64,000 nucleotides of DNA from Macrostomum hystrix (taxonomy: Eukaryota; Animalia; Platyhelminthes). Below are positions 48,317 through 61,411 of this stretch, piece after piece. Numbering within the stretch: position 1 is the stretch's first letter; every line of letters starts with the position of its first letter. Made by a program: the position numbers and the translations under genes. The stretch covers positions 5,394,001 to 5,458,000 of the forward strand of contig CATNEN010000025.1 of the NCBI GenBank assembly GCA_950097015.1. The letters are read 5' to 3'. The notes below the pieces were generated by a model. It saw nothing but the letters and a program-made list of their open reading frames with translations. It had not been told where the DNA came from and ran no database searches.

Positions 48317-51300
48317 CCTTACAGGGGTAATCTTGCCGTCCAGCAGCAACAGCAGCAGCAGCCAGTCGGCGCCACCACTTACATACGCGGCGACAGCAAC
48401 TTTTCTAGCCAAGGATCATTGATTCGACAGGTGAGTTTTAATGATTTATTCTTAAACTTCCATTGTGTTTTCAGCGATTGTCGAGTAGTTTTTAGGATTT
48501 AAAAAATCTGTGGGATTTGAAGATAGAAGATGGGAGAGGCCAAAAAACTAAGGATTAAAGAGTGACAGGCGATGCATTATTTACTACACAGATTTATTGG
48601 CGTTCTATTTTTGGAGTTCCCACCACCTAGAAAATGCAGTCTATTTCTTTTTCAGTTTAGTGTCTTAACTAAAGAAATCCCTATCTATACGATTATTAAA
48701 AATTAATTTTTCCAAATTTAGGATCCACCAATCTATTTAAATAAACCCGGTGGTTGATTTTAAAATCCCTAAGCTTTTTCGGAGTCCTTATCCCTGGATT
48801 TAGGGCGTATAGCTTCAGGTCTCAGTAGAGTGGCTTGTCTAATAGTACAATTCCGCTAACTGTTTGTCAGATCAGACTTAGTTTTCGCTCATTTCTATGA
48901 GGAGCAAGCGAGAGAGAGAGAGAGTGAAATAGAAAGGAGACACCAGGAGCAGTGCTCAGCTGTCAGTGCCTTCCCTAACTCTAGAGTGCATTTTTAGATG
49001 CTCAAAAAAGTTATAATCTCTGTGTCTACGACTGTGCAAAAAAATTTGCTTTAACTTTTGTTCGCCATTTGCGCACCCACTCGCCAATTTCTCTGTTAAC
49101 CCACCCCTCTCTCTCTATCCTCTCTTCCGCGCTGCTAGCACACACACACACACACACTCACACACACACTGGTTCCTCTTCCCCCATGTACCGTCTAGCT
49201 AGTGTATGTGTATGCGTGTGTGCTCAAGCCTGCACCAACTGTTCCCTGCTAGCTATTGTGAGAGCGGAATAAATGCTTGACTTGATCAGGAGCCCCTGCC
49301 CCTTACTACTCTACCCTACCCAATAACTGTTTCTTTTACTCTCCATTCCTCATTTTACATTTCCCACTGCTCCGCCGATCGATGAAATACATAATCATAG
49401 TCGTAATAGTCGTTTATAGTTTTCCTTTTTTCAAATCGATTCAAATGCCAAATTGTTCGTTTAGTACAGGGGTCGGCATACTTATTAGCTAGCGGGCCAA
49501 AGAGAGAACCTAGAAGACGACAGCGGGCCGCATTGACTGTAGAAATATGAGGATAAGGGAGAGATGAGACACGTGAGAGATGAGACACGGGAGAGATGAG
49601 ACACGGGAGAGATGAGACACGGAAGAGATGAGACACGTGAGAGATGAGACACGGAAGAGATTAGACACGGAAGAGATGAGACACGTGAGAGATGAGACAG
49701 GGGAGAGATTAGACACGGAAGAGATGAGACACGGAAGAGATGAGACACGGGAGAGATTAGACACGGAAGAGATGAGACACGTGAGAGATGAGACACGGGA
49801 GAGATTAGACACGTGAGAGATGAGATGAGACAAGTGGGAGCATACGGGCCGAATTCTGGAGCTTTGAGGGCCGCATCTGGCCCCGTGCCGGAGTTTGCCG
49901 ACCCCTGGGACTCTAGTTAGTATGTGAATCTTTTCTAATTGTGCCCGCGATCCTTCAACTAGCTTTGTAAAAAGGAATATGATCAAGGGATGATTTTGCT
50001 TCGACAAATTCTATCCTTTTTTTTATCGATTCTAAATAGTATTGATTATAAATAAACATTGAAAATAAGTAGACAAAGACAATAATTTATCCAACAAAGT
50101 AACTTTCTAATTTCAAACAGTCAGTATACTGGTTAAATCTGGCACTCGACTCAACAGAAAAATACTCTCACTTTAAAATTCTGTGCACAGTGCTATAAAA
50201 AAAGTGTTTTTTAGCCGTATTTGTGCAGCTTTTTGTCTCGAGTGTTGTGGAGGATGGGCGGGACTGACCAAACACTTGGGAAGAGAATAGCTTATTCCGC
50301 TCTGGCAGCTTACTCAGGAAAGAAAATTATTTTGCATTATTTCCTAAATGAATAAACTGCTAGGGGATTTAAAAACACAGTATTGAGGTGAGTGAGACAA
50401 AGAGGGAGCATTTGAACTTTTATAAAGCAATAGAGAATGCGCTTTGCCGATCAACCAAAGTCGTGGTCGCGGCCCCGCTTCAAGCACTCTTGAGCAGCTT
50501 TTTTGGCGCACTTGAGCATTTTTTATACTGTTGTACTTTAGCTATGAGTACGAGGCTTCTCTCTCTTTTTCATTCACTGCCCCTTGCTCTACCATCTGCA
50601 GGAGGAGTCTGCGTAGCTTCATCAGTCCTATCCTTCTTTCAAAGCCCAAAAATTTCCTCCTAGATCTATGCATGCGCATGCTTGGGCATGAAGAGCGAGA
50701 AGCATGCCTGTTAGGCCTAACTCTTACAGAAAATTAACCCAACGACGCCGTAAATATGTTTTCTTCTTTGGCCTCCAATGTTCTCCACAGTCTCCATGCC
50801 TCATTTCTAATCTCTTTTCACCCTTTTAGTTAACTCTCTTTAACTAACTTTAAAATTTAAAACCTAAAAATGACAGCTCTTAAAACTGAGCACTTCATTT
50901 ACGACGTCACCAGGTTTATACTTTTACGGTTACCTTATTAACCTGGGAACTACCTTAGGAGCTATAATTCGTTTCCTCAAGCAAGTCACTTATTTCCTTG
51001 TGCTTTAGTTCACCGAGCTGTAAAATTGGTACAAGCGTCAGCTAGGGTTTAAAGTCGGGTTGGTACCTAAGCTCGATTCCGCGGCGAGGCCACATTCATT
51101 TAGGGCGCGGCCGCGGAGAGAAGGCTTGGGGGCTTGTCGTGCACAAGCACGAGGGCCAACCTTCAAGTCATAGTGGAAGTGTACACTATCTGACTATTAG
51201 AAAGTCAGAGCAGATGCACACACCTGTGTGAGCGTGTGCCTGCGTACGGTGTCTGTGTGGTGTGTGCTCAGGAGTCAGCGAAATAGGCAGAATTGCCTCC

Positions 51301-51385
51301 TCGCTGGCTGCGGGTCTAGTGCCACTAAATGATGTGCCATGGCCTGCAGACTTATTGCAGTTATTATTATTATTATTATTATTCC

Positions 51386-51417
<32 letters not shown>

Positions 51418-54400
51418 TAACTATTACCTTCGTATAGAAAGTACAAACTAGCAAGTTTTGCCCCCCTTCGGGGAGCAGAAATATTTTTAATTCGTCTAGT
51501 ATATACTCGTACTTTTTTGCAGCTGAATTTACAGCTTTTTAAAACTACAATGATCCCCCAGTTGACAATGATCCCCCAGTCGACAATGATTCCCCAGTTG
51601 ACAATGATCCCCCAATTGATGATGATCACCCAGTTGATAATGATCCCCCAGTTGATGATGACTCCCCATTGACAATGATCCCCCAGTTGACAATGATCCC
51701 CCAGTTAACAATGATCCCCCAGTTGATGATGATCACCCAGTTGACAATGATCCCCCAGTTGACAATGATCCCCCAGTTGACAATGATGCCACAGTTGACA
51801 ATGATCCCCCAGTTGACAATGATCCCCCAGTTACCAATGATCCCCCAGTTGATGATGACTCCCCATTGACAATGATCCCACAGTTGACAATTATCTCCCA
51901 GTTGACAATGATCCCCCAGTTACCAATGATCCCCCAGTTGATGACGACTCCCCATTGAGACCACAGTTGACAATTATCTCCCAGTTGACAATGATGCCCC
52001 ATTGATGATGATCCCCAGTTGACAATGTTCCCCCAGTTGACCATGATCGCCTAGTTGACAATGATCCCCCAGTTAATGATGATCACCCAGTTGACAATGA
52101 TCTCCCAGTTGACCATGATCCCCCAATTGATGATGATTCCCCAGTTGACAATTATCCCCAGTTATGACAGTTCTATGAGTTTGTTATCGACTGAATTGTA
52201 CGAAAAATAAAAACCGAAATATTCCAGGGTCCAATGTGACCTAAGTAATGCTGGTTTTATTCCAGATAGTTTTGTATCTTTCACTTTTCAGCAAACCGTT
52301 GAAAAATATTAATCTAAACCAAATGCCTAAATATTTGAGTAAGCCTCAGACTAAGGTAAATGCGGAGGCTTTTAATTAAATTATTATAAAATGAGCACGA
52401 TGAAATGAGCACGCATCGAAGTGCACTTGAGCTTATTTTCTGCTATTACTTTGAGATTGTAATGCACTTTTAAACCAGCCTCGAAATTAGTTATATACGA
52501 TAATTGCTGATGAGGAAAAATGTGATCCAATAATTGTCGCATAACTAATTATCTTGACGATAAAATATTTAATAGCTTAGATTACAAAGTAGACAGAATA
52601 TATAAGTGAGCAGTTGAGTGCACTTGTATAGCAATGCGTAATGCACGAAGTAAACTTTTGGCTCTGTCTAAAATGGGATAACTTTTAGCTAATTTTTGTA
52701 CTCAAGTATACTTCAAAGTTGAGCATGGCTGTGCCAGAATTCAAATGTGCTTCGAACAGTAAATCTTTAGCTGAGAAACATTGCTAATACATAATTAGCT
52801 TATCCATGAGATGTGCATACAGTATAGTAGCTAGGCATTGTTTAATCACTGTACAGTAATCTTCACGATGGTGTCGACGATAGCAACACTTGTAAATATT
52901 TCCAAAATATTTATAGGAAACGAATGACACAAAATCTGTTAAAATGACACATTTTTATGGTTTGTTACGCCTCTTATTAATAAAGGGAGTTTTAGGATTT
53001 TTATTCACGATGCCAAGTTTCAGATTTGAAAGACTTTGTTTGGGGCCTCTTTATGCTTCTAGTTAGTGTTTCTTTTCTGTGAAGGTACTGGTTTGTGATG
53101 TTACAGACATCTAAAAGTTCTAGTTTGTGACTTAAGATTAGTGACGTCTCGGTTTTGGGACGTTTGTGATGTGCGAATTTTCTTTCCGTGAAATTCCTGA
53201 TGACGTCTCTTAATTGTGACGTTTCTAGGTTTTGAAGTTTTAGTTAGCGACATTGTTTGTTTGTAACGTTTTTGTGTTTGGTGACATATGATTTGTGACA
53301 GTTCTGGGTTGTGGCGTTTCTGGATTGTGACATTTCTGGGTTGTGGCGTTTTTGGATTGTGACATTTCTGGGTTGTGGCGTTTCTGGATTGTGACATTTC
53401 TGGGTTGTGGCGTTTTTGGATTGTGACATTTCTGGGTTGTGGCGTTTCTGGATTGTGACATTTCTGGGTTGTGGCGTTTTTGGATTGTGACATTTCTGGG
53501 TTGTGGCGTTTCTGGATTGTGACATTTCTGGGTTGTGGCGTTTCTGGATTGTGACATTTCTGGGTTGTGGCGTTTCTGGATTGTAACATTTCTGGATTGT
53601 GACGTTTCTGGATTGTGACATTTCTGGATTGTGACATTTCTGGGTTGTGGCGTTTCTGGATTGTAACATTTCTGGATTGTGACGTTTCTGGGTTGTGACA
53701 TTTCTGGATTGTGACATTTCTGGATTGTGACATTTCTGGATTGTGACATTTCTGGGTTGTGGCGTTTCTGGATTGTGACATTTCTGGGTTGTGGCGTTTT
53801 TGGATTGTGACATTTCTGGGTTGTGGCGTTTCTGGATTGTGACATTTCTGGGTTGTGGCGTTTCTGGATTGTGACATTTCTGGGTTGTGGCGTTTCTGGA
53901 TTGTAACATTTCTGGATTGTGACGTTTCTGGATTGTGACATTTCTGGATTGTGACATTTCTGGGTTGTGGCGTTTCTGGATTGTAACATTTCTGGATTGT
54001 GACGTTTCTGGGTTGTGACATTTCTGGATTGTGACATTTCTGGATTGTGACATTTCTGGATTGTGACGTTTCTGTATTGGAGCTTTACTGGATTGTGGCG
54101 TGTCGCGTTGGGATGTTTCTAGATTGTGACGTTACTGGATTGTGACGGTTCTGAATTGTGACGTTACTGGATTGTGACGGTTCTGAATTGTGACGTTACT
54201 GGATTGTGACGGTTCTGAATTGTGACGTTTCTGGATTACGACGTTTCTGCATTACGATGTTTCTGGATTAGGACGTTTCTGAATTACGATGTTTCTGGAT
54301 TATGATGTTTCTGGATTAGGACGTTTCTGAATTACGATGTTTCTGGATTATGATGTTTCTGGATTAGGACGTTTCTGAATTGTGGTGACGTTGCTGAAAT

Positions 54401-57400
54401 AAAATGTTTCTGGAATGTGTTACGGAGCTTTTGGCTTTAAAACATAGAGCTACAGGTCAGAAACATTTTTATCGGTCTTATGGCCTTATCGCTCAATCCG
54501 ACGGAACGCCCCGCACCACACCGCCATCGAGCAGGGCAGCGCCGAGTCCAGCTACTCGGGCCGTAGCTCGGCTGAGCCAGTCCTAGACGAAGATACCAAG
54601 CGCGAGCGTCAACGCCAGGCCGCCGAACAGTTGGAGAAGGCCAAAACCAAGCCCGTTGCATTCGCCGTGCGCACTAACGTAGCCTACAATGGCTCCAACG
54701 ATGCCGAGAGTCCGGTTCCTGGCCAGGCCATCACATTCGACATTAAAGACTTTCTTCACATCAAGGAGAAATTCGACAGCTACTGGTGGATTGGCCGGCT
54801 GGTGCGTGAGAACTGCGACTGCCAGTTCGTGCCGTCTCCGGCCCGGCTTGACTGCCTGCGAGTGCAGCAGCGCTCCGGCACCTCCAAGAGTGGCGGCACC
54901 GCGGCTGGCGGCTTAACGGCTGGGTCTTCTGGTAAGGATTTTTTACCAGGAAAAATTCTCTTATCTCTTCTTACTCCCTCTTGTCTCTTCTCACTCTTCT
55001 CACTTATCTCTTCTCACTCCTCTCTTATCTCTTCACTCCTCTCTTATCTCTTCTCACTCTTCTCTTATCTTTTCACTCCTCTCTTATCTGTTCTCACTCT
55101 TCTCTTATCTCTTATCACACCCCTTATCTCTTTTCACTCCTCTCTTATCTCTTCTCACTCCTCTCTTCTCACTTATCTCTTATCTCTTCTCACTCCTCTT
55201 TTATCTCTTCCCACTCCTCTCTTATCTCTTCTCACTCCTCTCTTATCTCTTATCTCTTCTCACTGGTCTCTTCTCTCTTTTCACACCCCTTATCTCTTCC
55301 AACTCCTCTTTTATCTCTTCCCACTCCTCTCTAATCTCTTCTCACTCCTCTCTTATCTCTTCTCACTCCTCTCTTATCTCTTCTCACTCCTCTCTTATAT
55401 CTTCTCACTCCTCTCTTATCTCTTCTCACTCCTCTCTTATCTCTTTTCACGCCCCTTATCTCTTCCAACACCTCTCTTATCTTTTCTCACTCCCCCTTAT
55501 CTCTACTCACTCCTCTCTTATCTCTTCTCACTCCCCTCCCATCTCTTCTCACCTAACTATTATCATGTCTAGATTATCATACTAGTTCATGCCACCCATC
55601 TATTAGCAGATTTTTTTACTCTTCATGAACCAGTTTTTTATTGCACAATGGGACTCTGGATTCGTCAGAAATCGCCTAATGGAATTGGGAAATAGTCTTG
55701 GGAAAAATCTCTTTAATGGGATTTTAATTTCTGAAATCGATTTGAACACCAGAAATCTGTTATTTCGCAGGTAAATATTTATTTAAAGAAGAGTATAATC
55801 TGGGTCCCATCTCGGGATTTTTATCCCCGACAACATTGCAGGCAGCACACCGCCAGTGCAGAGTCCCCTAGTGGACGTAGCCGAAGAGTCGGACAAGGGC
55901 GACAGCGATTCGCTGGGTCGCGGCGGCGCCGCAATGGGTCGAAGCGACGCCGCTAGGAAGAAGGCCTTCTTTAAAAAGGTAAATCAAATTAAATGTGATT
56001 TTCATAGTTCTAAAAAATGTTTTTCGAGTGTCATTAGTTTTCTATGAAATTCCTGAAGCCGTAGTTTTACGCGTTCTTGACGCGTCCGACCCGATTCCAC
56101 TACAGGTGAGTAAATGAAAGGGGAAATAATTCTACTGCATTTCCTGTGTGCACTTTTCTCACTTATAAAGAAGCATAGCATAACCAAAACTGGCTTATAG
56201 TTTCAAACGATAGGAGAGAAAAGTTTAGATCAAATATAAAAATGAGTTGTCTGTTTAGAAAAATCATGCGCATCGACTGACAAAATCTAACGTGCCCAGG
56301 TTACTTACGGAGGCAGCGATCGATTTATTTATTATCCGCGCGCCACAGACGACTACACTGGACCCACTGTACACTTTATGGTAAAATATACCCCCCCTGT
56401 CCCTTGCCAACTGTCAACTCGTCCACTTCTTGTCCATATGCTTCTTCTTTTGTTTCACACCTTCCAATCAATGCCTCTCTGCTTTTCACTCCTTTCTTAT
56501 CTTTTCCAAGTCCTCTCTTATCTCTTCTCACTCATCTCTTGCCTCATATCTTCTCACCCCCCTCGTATCTTCTCACCCCCCTTATATCTTCTCACCCCCC
56601 TCATATTTTCTCACTCCCCCTTATATTTTCTCACCCCCCTCATCTCTTCTCACTCCTCTTATAGTCTCACCCCTCCTATCTCTTCTCACCCCTCTTATCT
56701 TTTCTCACTCCTCTTATAGTCTCACTGCTCTTATAGTCTCACTCCTCTTATATCTTCTCACCTCTCTTATCTCTTCTCACTTCTCTCTTATCTCCTCTCA
56801 CTCCTCTCCTATCTCTTCTCACCTCCATTATCTCTTCTCACTCCTCTCTTATCTCTTCTCACTCCTCTCCTATCTCTTCTCACCTCCCTTATCTCTTTTC
56901 ACTCCTCTCTGATCTGTTCTCACTCCTCTCTGATCTGTTCTCACTCCTCTCTTATCTTTTCTCACTCCTCTTATCTTTTCTCACTCCTCTCTTATCTTTT
57001 CTCACTCCTCTCCTATCTCTTCTCACCTCCCTTATCTCTTTTCACTCCTCTCTTATCTTTTCTCACTCCTCTCCTATCTCTTCTCACCTCCCTTATCTCT
57101 TTTCACTCCTCTCTGATCTGTTCTCACTCCTCTCTGATCTGTTCTCACTCCTCTCTTATCTTTTCTCACTCCTCTCCTATCTCTTCTCACCTCCCTTATC
57201 TCTTTTCACTCCTCTCTGATCTGTTCTCACTCCTCTCTGATCTGTTCTCACTCCTCTCTTATCTTTTCTCACTCCTCTCTTATCTCTTCTCACTCCTCTC
57301 TTATCTCTTCTTAATCCTATTATCTCTTCTCACTCCTCTCTTATCTCTTCACACCCAACTAGTCTCATCTCTCTATGTTCATACGAGACTTTAAAAAAGT

Positions 57401-60305
57401 ATATTTTTCTTGAAAAAGTTGTTCAATTGCACGGCCCAACTGCACAGTGGGATTAACAGTGCAATCTTTTCGGCATGATTTGGAAATAGTTTTTTTCGTA
57501 TTTGTTTTTTTCAGTTGCCTTGATTTTGGGACAGTTTGTTGCTTTTGCATTTCATCTGCTTGATCTTGTGCTTGACAGGTCGATAATTTTTTTAAACCTT
57601 AGTAACATAAATTTCAGAGCTCTTCCAGAAATTAAAACATGTTCATTATTTTAAACTGAGAAGTTTACATTTATACAGTATTCTTCTCCTTCTAAATGTA
57701 CATTTTGTTAAATTTCATTGGCGGTTTGGTGGACTCAAGTTATTTGTAAACTGTATTTTTCCTTACTGGATTTCCCAAAAAAATCGTACTAAAAATTTTC
57801 TTTTTGTATAAAAAAATATTTAACGACTGATAAAAATCGAATTCCAGAAATCCCATTTGGAAGAAATCCCTTTTGGAAGAAATCCCATTTGGAAGAAATC
57901 CCATTTGGAAGAAATCCCAGTTAGGAAAAAATCCCATTTGGAAGATATCCCTTTTGGAAGAAATCCCATTTGGAAGAAATCCCAGTAAGGAAAAAATCCC
58001 AGTTAAAGAAATCCCAGTTAGGAAAAAATCCCATTTGGAAGAAATCCCTTTTGGAAGAAATCCCATTTGGAAGAAATCCCAGTTGAAGAAATCCCAGTTT
58101 GGAAAAAATCCCAGTTGAAGAAATCCCAGTTTGAAAAATCCTAGTAAAAAATCCCAACTCTCTGAAATCCCAGCGCGCTACGATCCTTAGCCTCCAAAAT
58201 CCCAGTTTGAGAAAGTCAATGTTCTTTAAAATCTCCATTTTAAGTGTTCAACCTGCTCTGGGGGTCGGTGGCCGAGTGGTTAACGCGTTTGCCTCTCGTA
58301 CCAAGGTCCCTGAGCTCGATTCCGCGGCGAGGCCACATTTATTTGGGGCTGCAGCCGCGGAGAGAAGGCTTAGGGGCTTGACGTGCAATTTACGCCCCTG
58401 AGGGCCAACCTCCAAGTCACAGTGAAATGTACACTGCCTGACGATGAGAAAGTCGGCAGATGTACACACCTGTGTGAGAGTGTGCCTTTGTACAGTTTCT
58501 GTGTGCTCAGGAGTCAGCGAAATGGGCAGAATTGCCTCCCCGCTGGCTGCGGGTCTAGTGTCACCAAATGATGTGCCATTGCCCGCAGCCCTCCTGCAAA
58601 TAATAATAGTAACAAGCTCCTCCAAACCCGCCACTGCAGTCGGACTCTTCGCCGCCCTACGAAGTGGTGCCCTCGATGCGTCCCGTGGTGCTGATTGGGC
58701 CCAGCCTGAAGGGCTACGAAGTCACCGACATGATGCAGCGGGCGATGTTTGACTTTCTTAAACGCCGCTTCGAGGGTCGCGTCATTATTACTCAGGTGTC
58801 GGCCGATATCTCTTTGGCTAAGAGAAGCGTGCTCAACAATCCCAACCGGTGGGCCCTGATGGAGCGCGGCAGCCGGGCTAGCAACATTGGTGAGAACCAG
58901 CTCGAATGTAATGACTGCTGACACAATGAGCTGGGATGTAATGACTGCTCACACAATGAGCTGGGATGTAATGACTGCTCACACAATAAGCTGGGATGTA
59001 ATGACTGCTCACACAATGAGCTGGGATGTAATGACTGCTCACACAATGAGCTGGGATGTAATGACTGCTCACACAATGAGCTGGGATGTAATGACTGCTC
59101 ACACAATGAGCTGAGTGTAATGACTGTATGTAAAAGCCTCGATGTAAATGACTGACTTCTCATCACCTGAGTTGCAACCGACTGCTAACCTAACCCTGTA
59201 CTTGTTCTCACCCGCTAGCGGAAGTTCAGCAGGAGATCGAGCGCATCTTCGAGCTCGCCCGCACCCTGCAGCTCGTGGTGTTGGACTGCGACACAATCAA
59301 TCATCCCGGCCAGCTAGCGAAGACTTCTCTGGCTCCTATTGTTGTCTATTTGAAGATCAACTCTCTGAAAGTGTTGCAGCGTCTGATTAAAAGCCGCGGA
59401 AAATCGCAGACTCGAAGTATGACGCAACAGCTGAGCTTGGCGGAGAAATTGCAGCAGTGTAGCGCTGTGAGCTGACGTTTAGGGAGTAGGATGCTTTCCT
59501 CTCGCCCTACTTCTCACCTGCTTGCCTCTCCCTCTCGCCCTACTTCTCACCTGCTTGCTTCTCCGCCTCACACTACTTCTCACCGGCTTGCCTCTCCCTC
59601 TCACTCTACTTCTCATCTGCTTGCCTCTCCCTCTCACTCTACTTCTCACCGGCTTGCCTCTCCCTCTCACTCTACTTCTCACCGGCTTGCCTCTCCCTCT
59701 CACTCTACTTCTCACCGGCTTGTCTCTCCCTCTCACCCAACTTCTCACCGGCTTGCCTCTCCGTCTCGCCCTACTTCTCACCTGCTTTACCTTCCTCGCA
59801 TGAAATCAATTGAAAATCCTCATCCTATCTGCGTGCCCCATCTCCGTCGCAGGATCTGTACGATGTGGTGCTAGACGAGAACCAGCTAGAGGACGCATGC
59901 GAGCACCTATCCGAATACTTGGAGGCCTACTGGCGAGCTACTCACCCGCCCTCCATGCTGAGCAAAGCTGAGCGCCTGCTAGGCATGTCTGGCCAGTCGA
60001 CAGCCGGTCATCAGCATCATCATCAGCACCTGCACAGTCAGCCGCCGCCACCGCCGCCGCAGCAGCAGCAGCATCAACCGCTCAACGCGACAATGTCTGG
60101 CCACCTCGGCGGAGCAACCGTTGGCGCAGTCGGCGCGGCTGGCGGCGGCCTTTGGAGCGGCGATCCGGAGGATTATCGAAGCGATCGACAACTGCGCGTC
60201 GATCGTGGCGGCCTGCAGCAGCAGCAGCAGCAGCAGCAGCAGCGGCGTCGGCAGCTCCCGCAACCGCCGGGTCAGGCTAGACAGCAGGGCTCCTTGCCGA
60301 TCTAG
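48317..60305 (+). CDS. CACNB: Voltage-gated calcium channel beta subunit (SH3-HOOK-GK); 5' end not located
   Basis: Exons: about 48317/48325-48430 (…SLIRQ), 54535-54931 (GSAES…[10 protein letters not shown]…[16 protein letters not shown]), 55842-55978 (…KKAFFKK), 58640-58889 ([28 protein letters not shown]), 59219-59466 ([29 protein letters not shown]), 59853-60305 ([26 protein letters not shown]…TAG). Splice phases are consistent. Confidence 0.92.
49467..49907 (+). mobile_element. hAT-like MITE carrying a 16-bp minisatellite
   Basis: TIRs CAGGGGTCGGCA…TGCCGACCCCTG; internal (GGGAGAGATGAGACAC)n; homologous to 60759-61411. No clean TSD. Confidence 0.8.
51045..51415 (+). mobile_element. SINE family B, 5'-degenerate copy with a (TTA)n tail
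   Basis: Aligns with 58260-58612 (GCTCGATTCCGCGGCGAGGCCACATT…CTCAGGAGTCAGCGAAAT…GCTGCGGGTCTAGTG…ATGATGTGCCAT). Confidence 0.75.
51546..52165. repeat. 18-bp minisatellite (CAATGATCCCCCAGTTGA)n
   Basis: Direct reading. Confidence 0.9.
53290..54390. repeat. 16-bp minisatellite (TTCTGGATTGTGACAT / TTCTGGGTTGTGGCGT), often alternating as a 32-bp dimer
   Basis: Direct reading. Confidence 0.9.
54955..55560. repeat. 21-bp CT-rich minisatellite (CTCACTCCTCTCTTATCTCTT)n
   Basis: Direct reading; same family as 56500-57350. Confidence 0.9.
56490..57350. repeat. 21-bp CT-rich minisatellite (CTCACTCCTCTCTTATCTCTT)n
   Basis: Direct reading. Confidence 0.9.
57845..58210. repeat. 16-bp minisatellite (AAATCCCATTTGGAAG)n
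   Basis: Direct reading. Confidence 0.85.
58260..58612 (+). mobile_element. tRNA-derived SINE family B, full-length copy
   Basis: 5' GGGGTCGGTGGCCGAGTGGTTAACGCG (A box), GCTCGATTCC (B-box variant), shared body with the 51-kb copy and an AAT-rich tail. Confidence 0.8.
58905..59125. repeat. 30-bp minisatellite (ACACAATGAGCTGGGATGTAATGACTGCTC)n
   Basis: About 7 near-perfect units in a CACNB intron. Confidence 0.95.
59480..59790. repeat. 33-bp minisatellite (TTGCCTCTCCCTCTCACTCTACTTCTCACCGGC)n
   Basis: Fills the last CACNB intron. Confidence 0.9.
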
Positions 60306-60758
60306 TTTTGAAGCATGTATAGTTATTAATGTTATTTGTTTCCGCGTCTATCTACTACTAACCGTATTCACTTTACTGCACTAGTACATTGTACTTTACT
60401 CTACTGTACTAATACCATGTATTGTGCTGTCTTTTACTAGTACAGTGTACTGCATTAATTTGGTACGCAGCTTTTTCTATGTTTGATAAAATTTCAAAAC
60501 AATATTAGAAATTCACTGTATTTTGTTTAACTAATTTGCACAGTATAAAAGTCTATCTATCTAGTCGTAGCAGTAGATTCTAAAACTCTTATACATAAAA
60601 TAGTAAGGAGTTTGTATCGATTTGTTTGTTCTTTTAGTTCTAAATTTTTTACTTTTCGGAATATCTTTTTAAGTCCTTATATAAGGCAAATATTTGGCAC
60701 AGTAGAGTAATGAAATCTTCATTTAAGAGAAGCCCAAGCTACTCTAGATCGTCTAAGG

Positions 60759-61411
60759 CAGGGATCGGAAAACTTTTTAGCTAGCGGGCCAAAGAGAGAA
60801 CCTAAAAGACGACAGCGGGCCGCATTGACTATAGAAATTTGAGATAGGGGGAGATGAGACAGTGGAGAGATGAGACACGGGAGAGATGAGACACGGGAGA
60901 GATGAGACACGGGAGAGATGAGACACGGGAGAGATGAGACACGGGAGAGATGAGACACGGGAGAGATGAGACACGGGAGAGATGAGACACGGGAGAGATG
61001 AGACACGGGAGAGATGAGACACGGGAGAGATGAGACACGGGAGAGATGAGACACGGGAGAGATTAGACATGGGAGAGATGAGACACGGGAGAGATGAGAC
61101 ACGGGAGAGATGAGACACGGGAGAGATGAGACACGGGAGAGATGAGACACGGGAGAGATGAGACATGGGAGAGATGAGACACGGGAGAGATGAGACACGG
61201 GAGAGATGAGACACGGGAGAGATTAGACATGGGAGAGATGAGACACGGGAGAGATGAGACACGGGAGAGATGAGACACGGGAGAGATGAGACACGGGAGA
61301 GATAAGATAGGTGAGCGACGCGGCCGAGGAGAGATGAGACAGGGGGAAAGATACAGGATACAGGATACTGTAGGTGTCTGAACGGAAGGGGCCGGAGTTT
61401 GCCGACCCCTT
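60759..61411 (+). mobile_element. hAT-like MITE copy 2 with an expanded 16-bp minisatellite
   Basis: CAGGGATCGGAAAAC…GTTTGCCGACCCCTT; 8-bp TSD GTCTAAGG / GTCTAAAG (7 of 8 match); about 29 units of GGGAGAGATGAGACAC. Confidence 0.82.

Noticed and set aside
56038-56110. Strong donor CAG|GTGAGT in a CACNB intron as an alternative HOOK exon
   Set aside because: None of the nearby acceptors gives a length that preserves the frame; it cannot be supported without RNA data.
58430-58530. CTGACGA…GAAA in SINE B as a hammerhead
   Set aside because: No stem II closes next to GAAA, and the 51-kb copy has CTGACTA in a simple hairpin.
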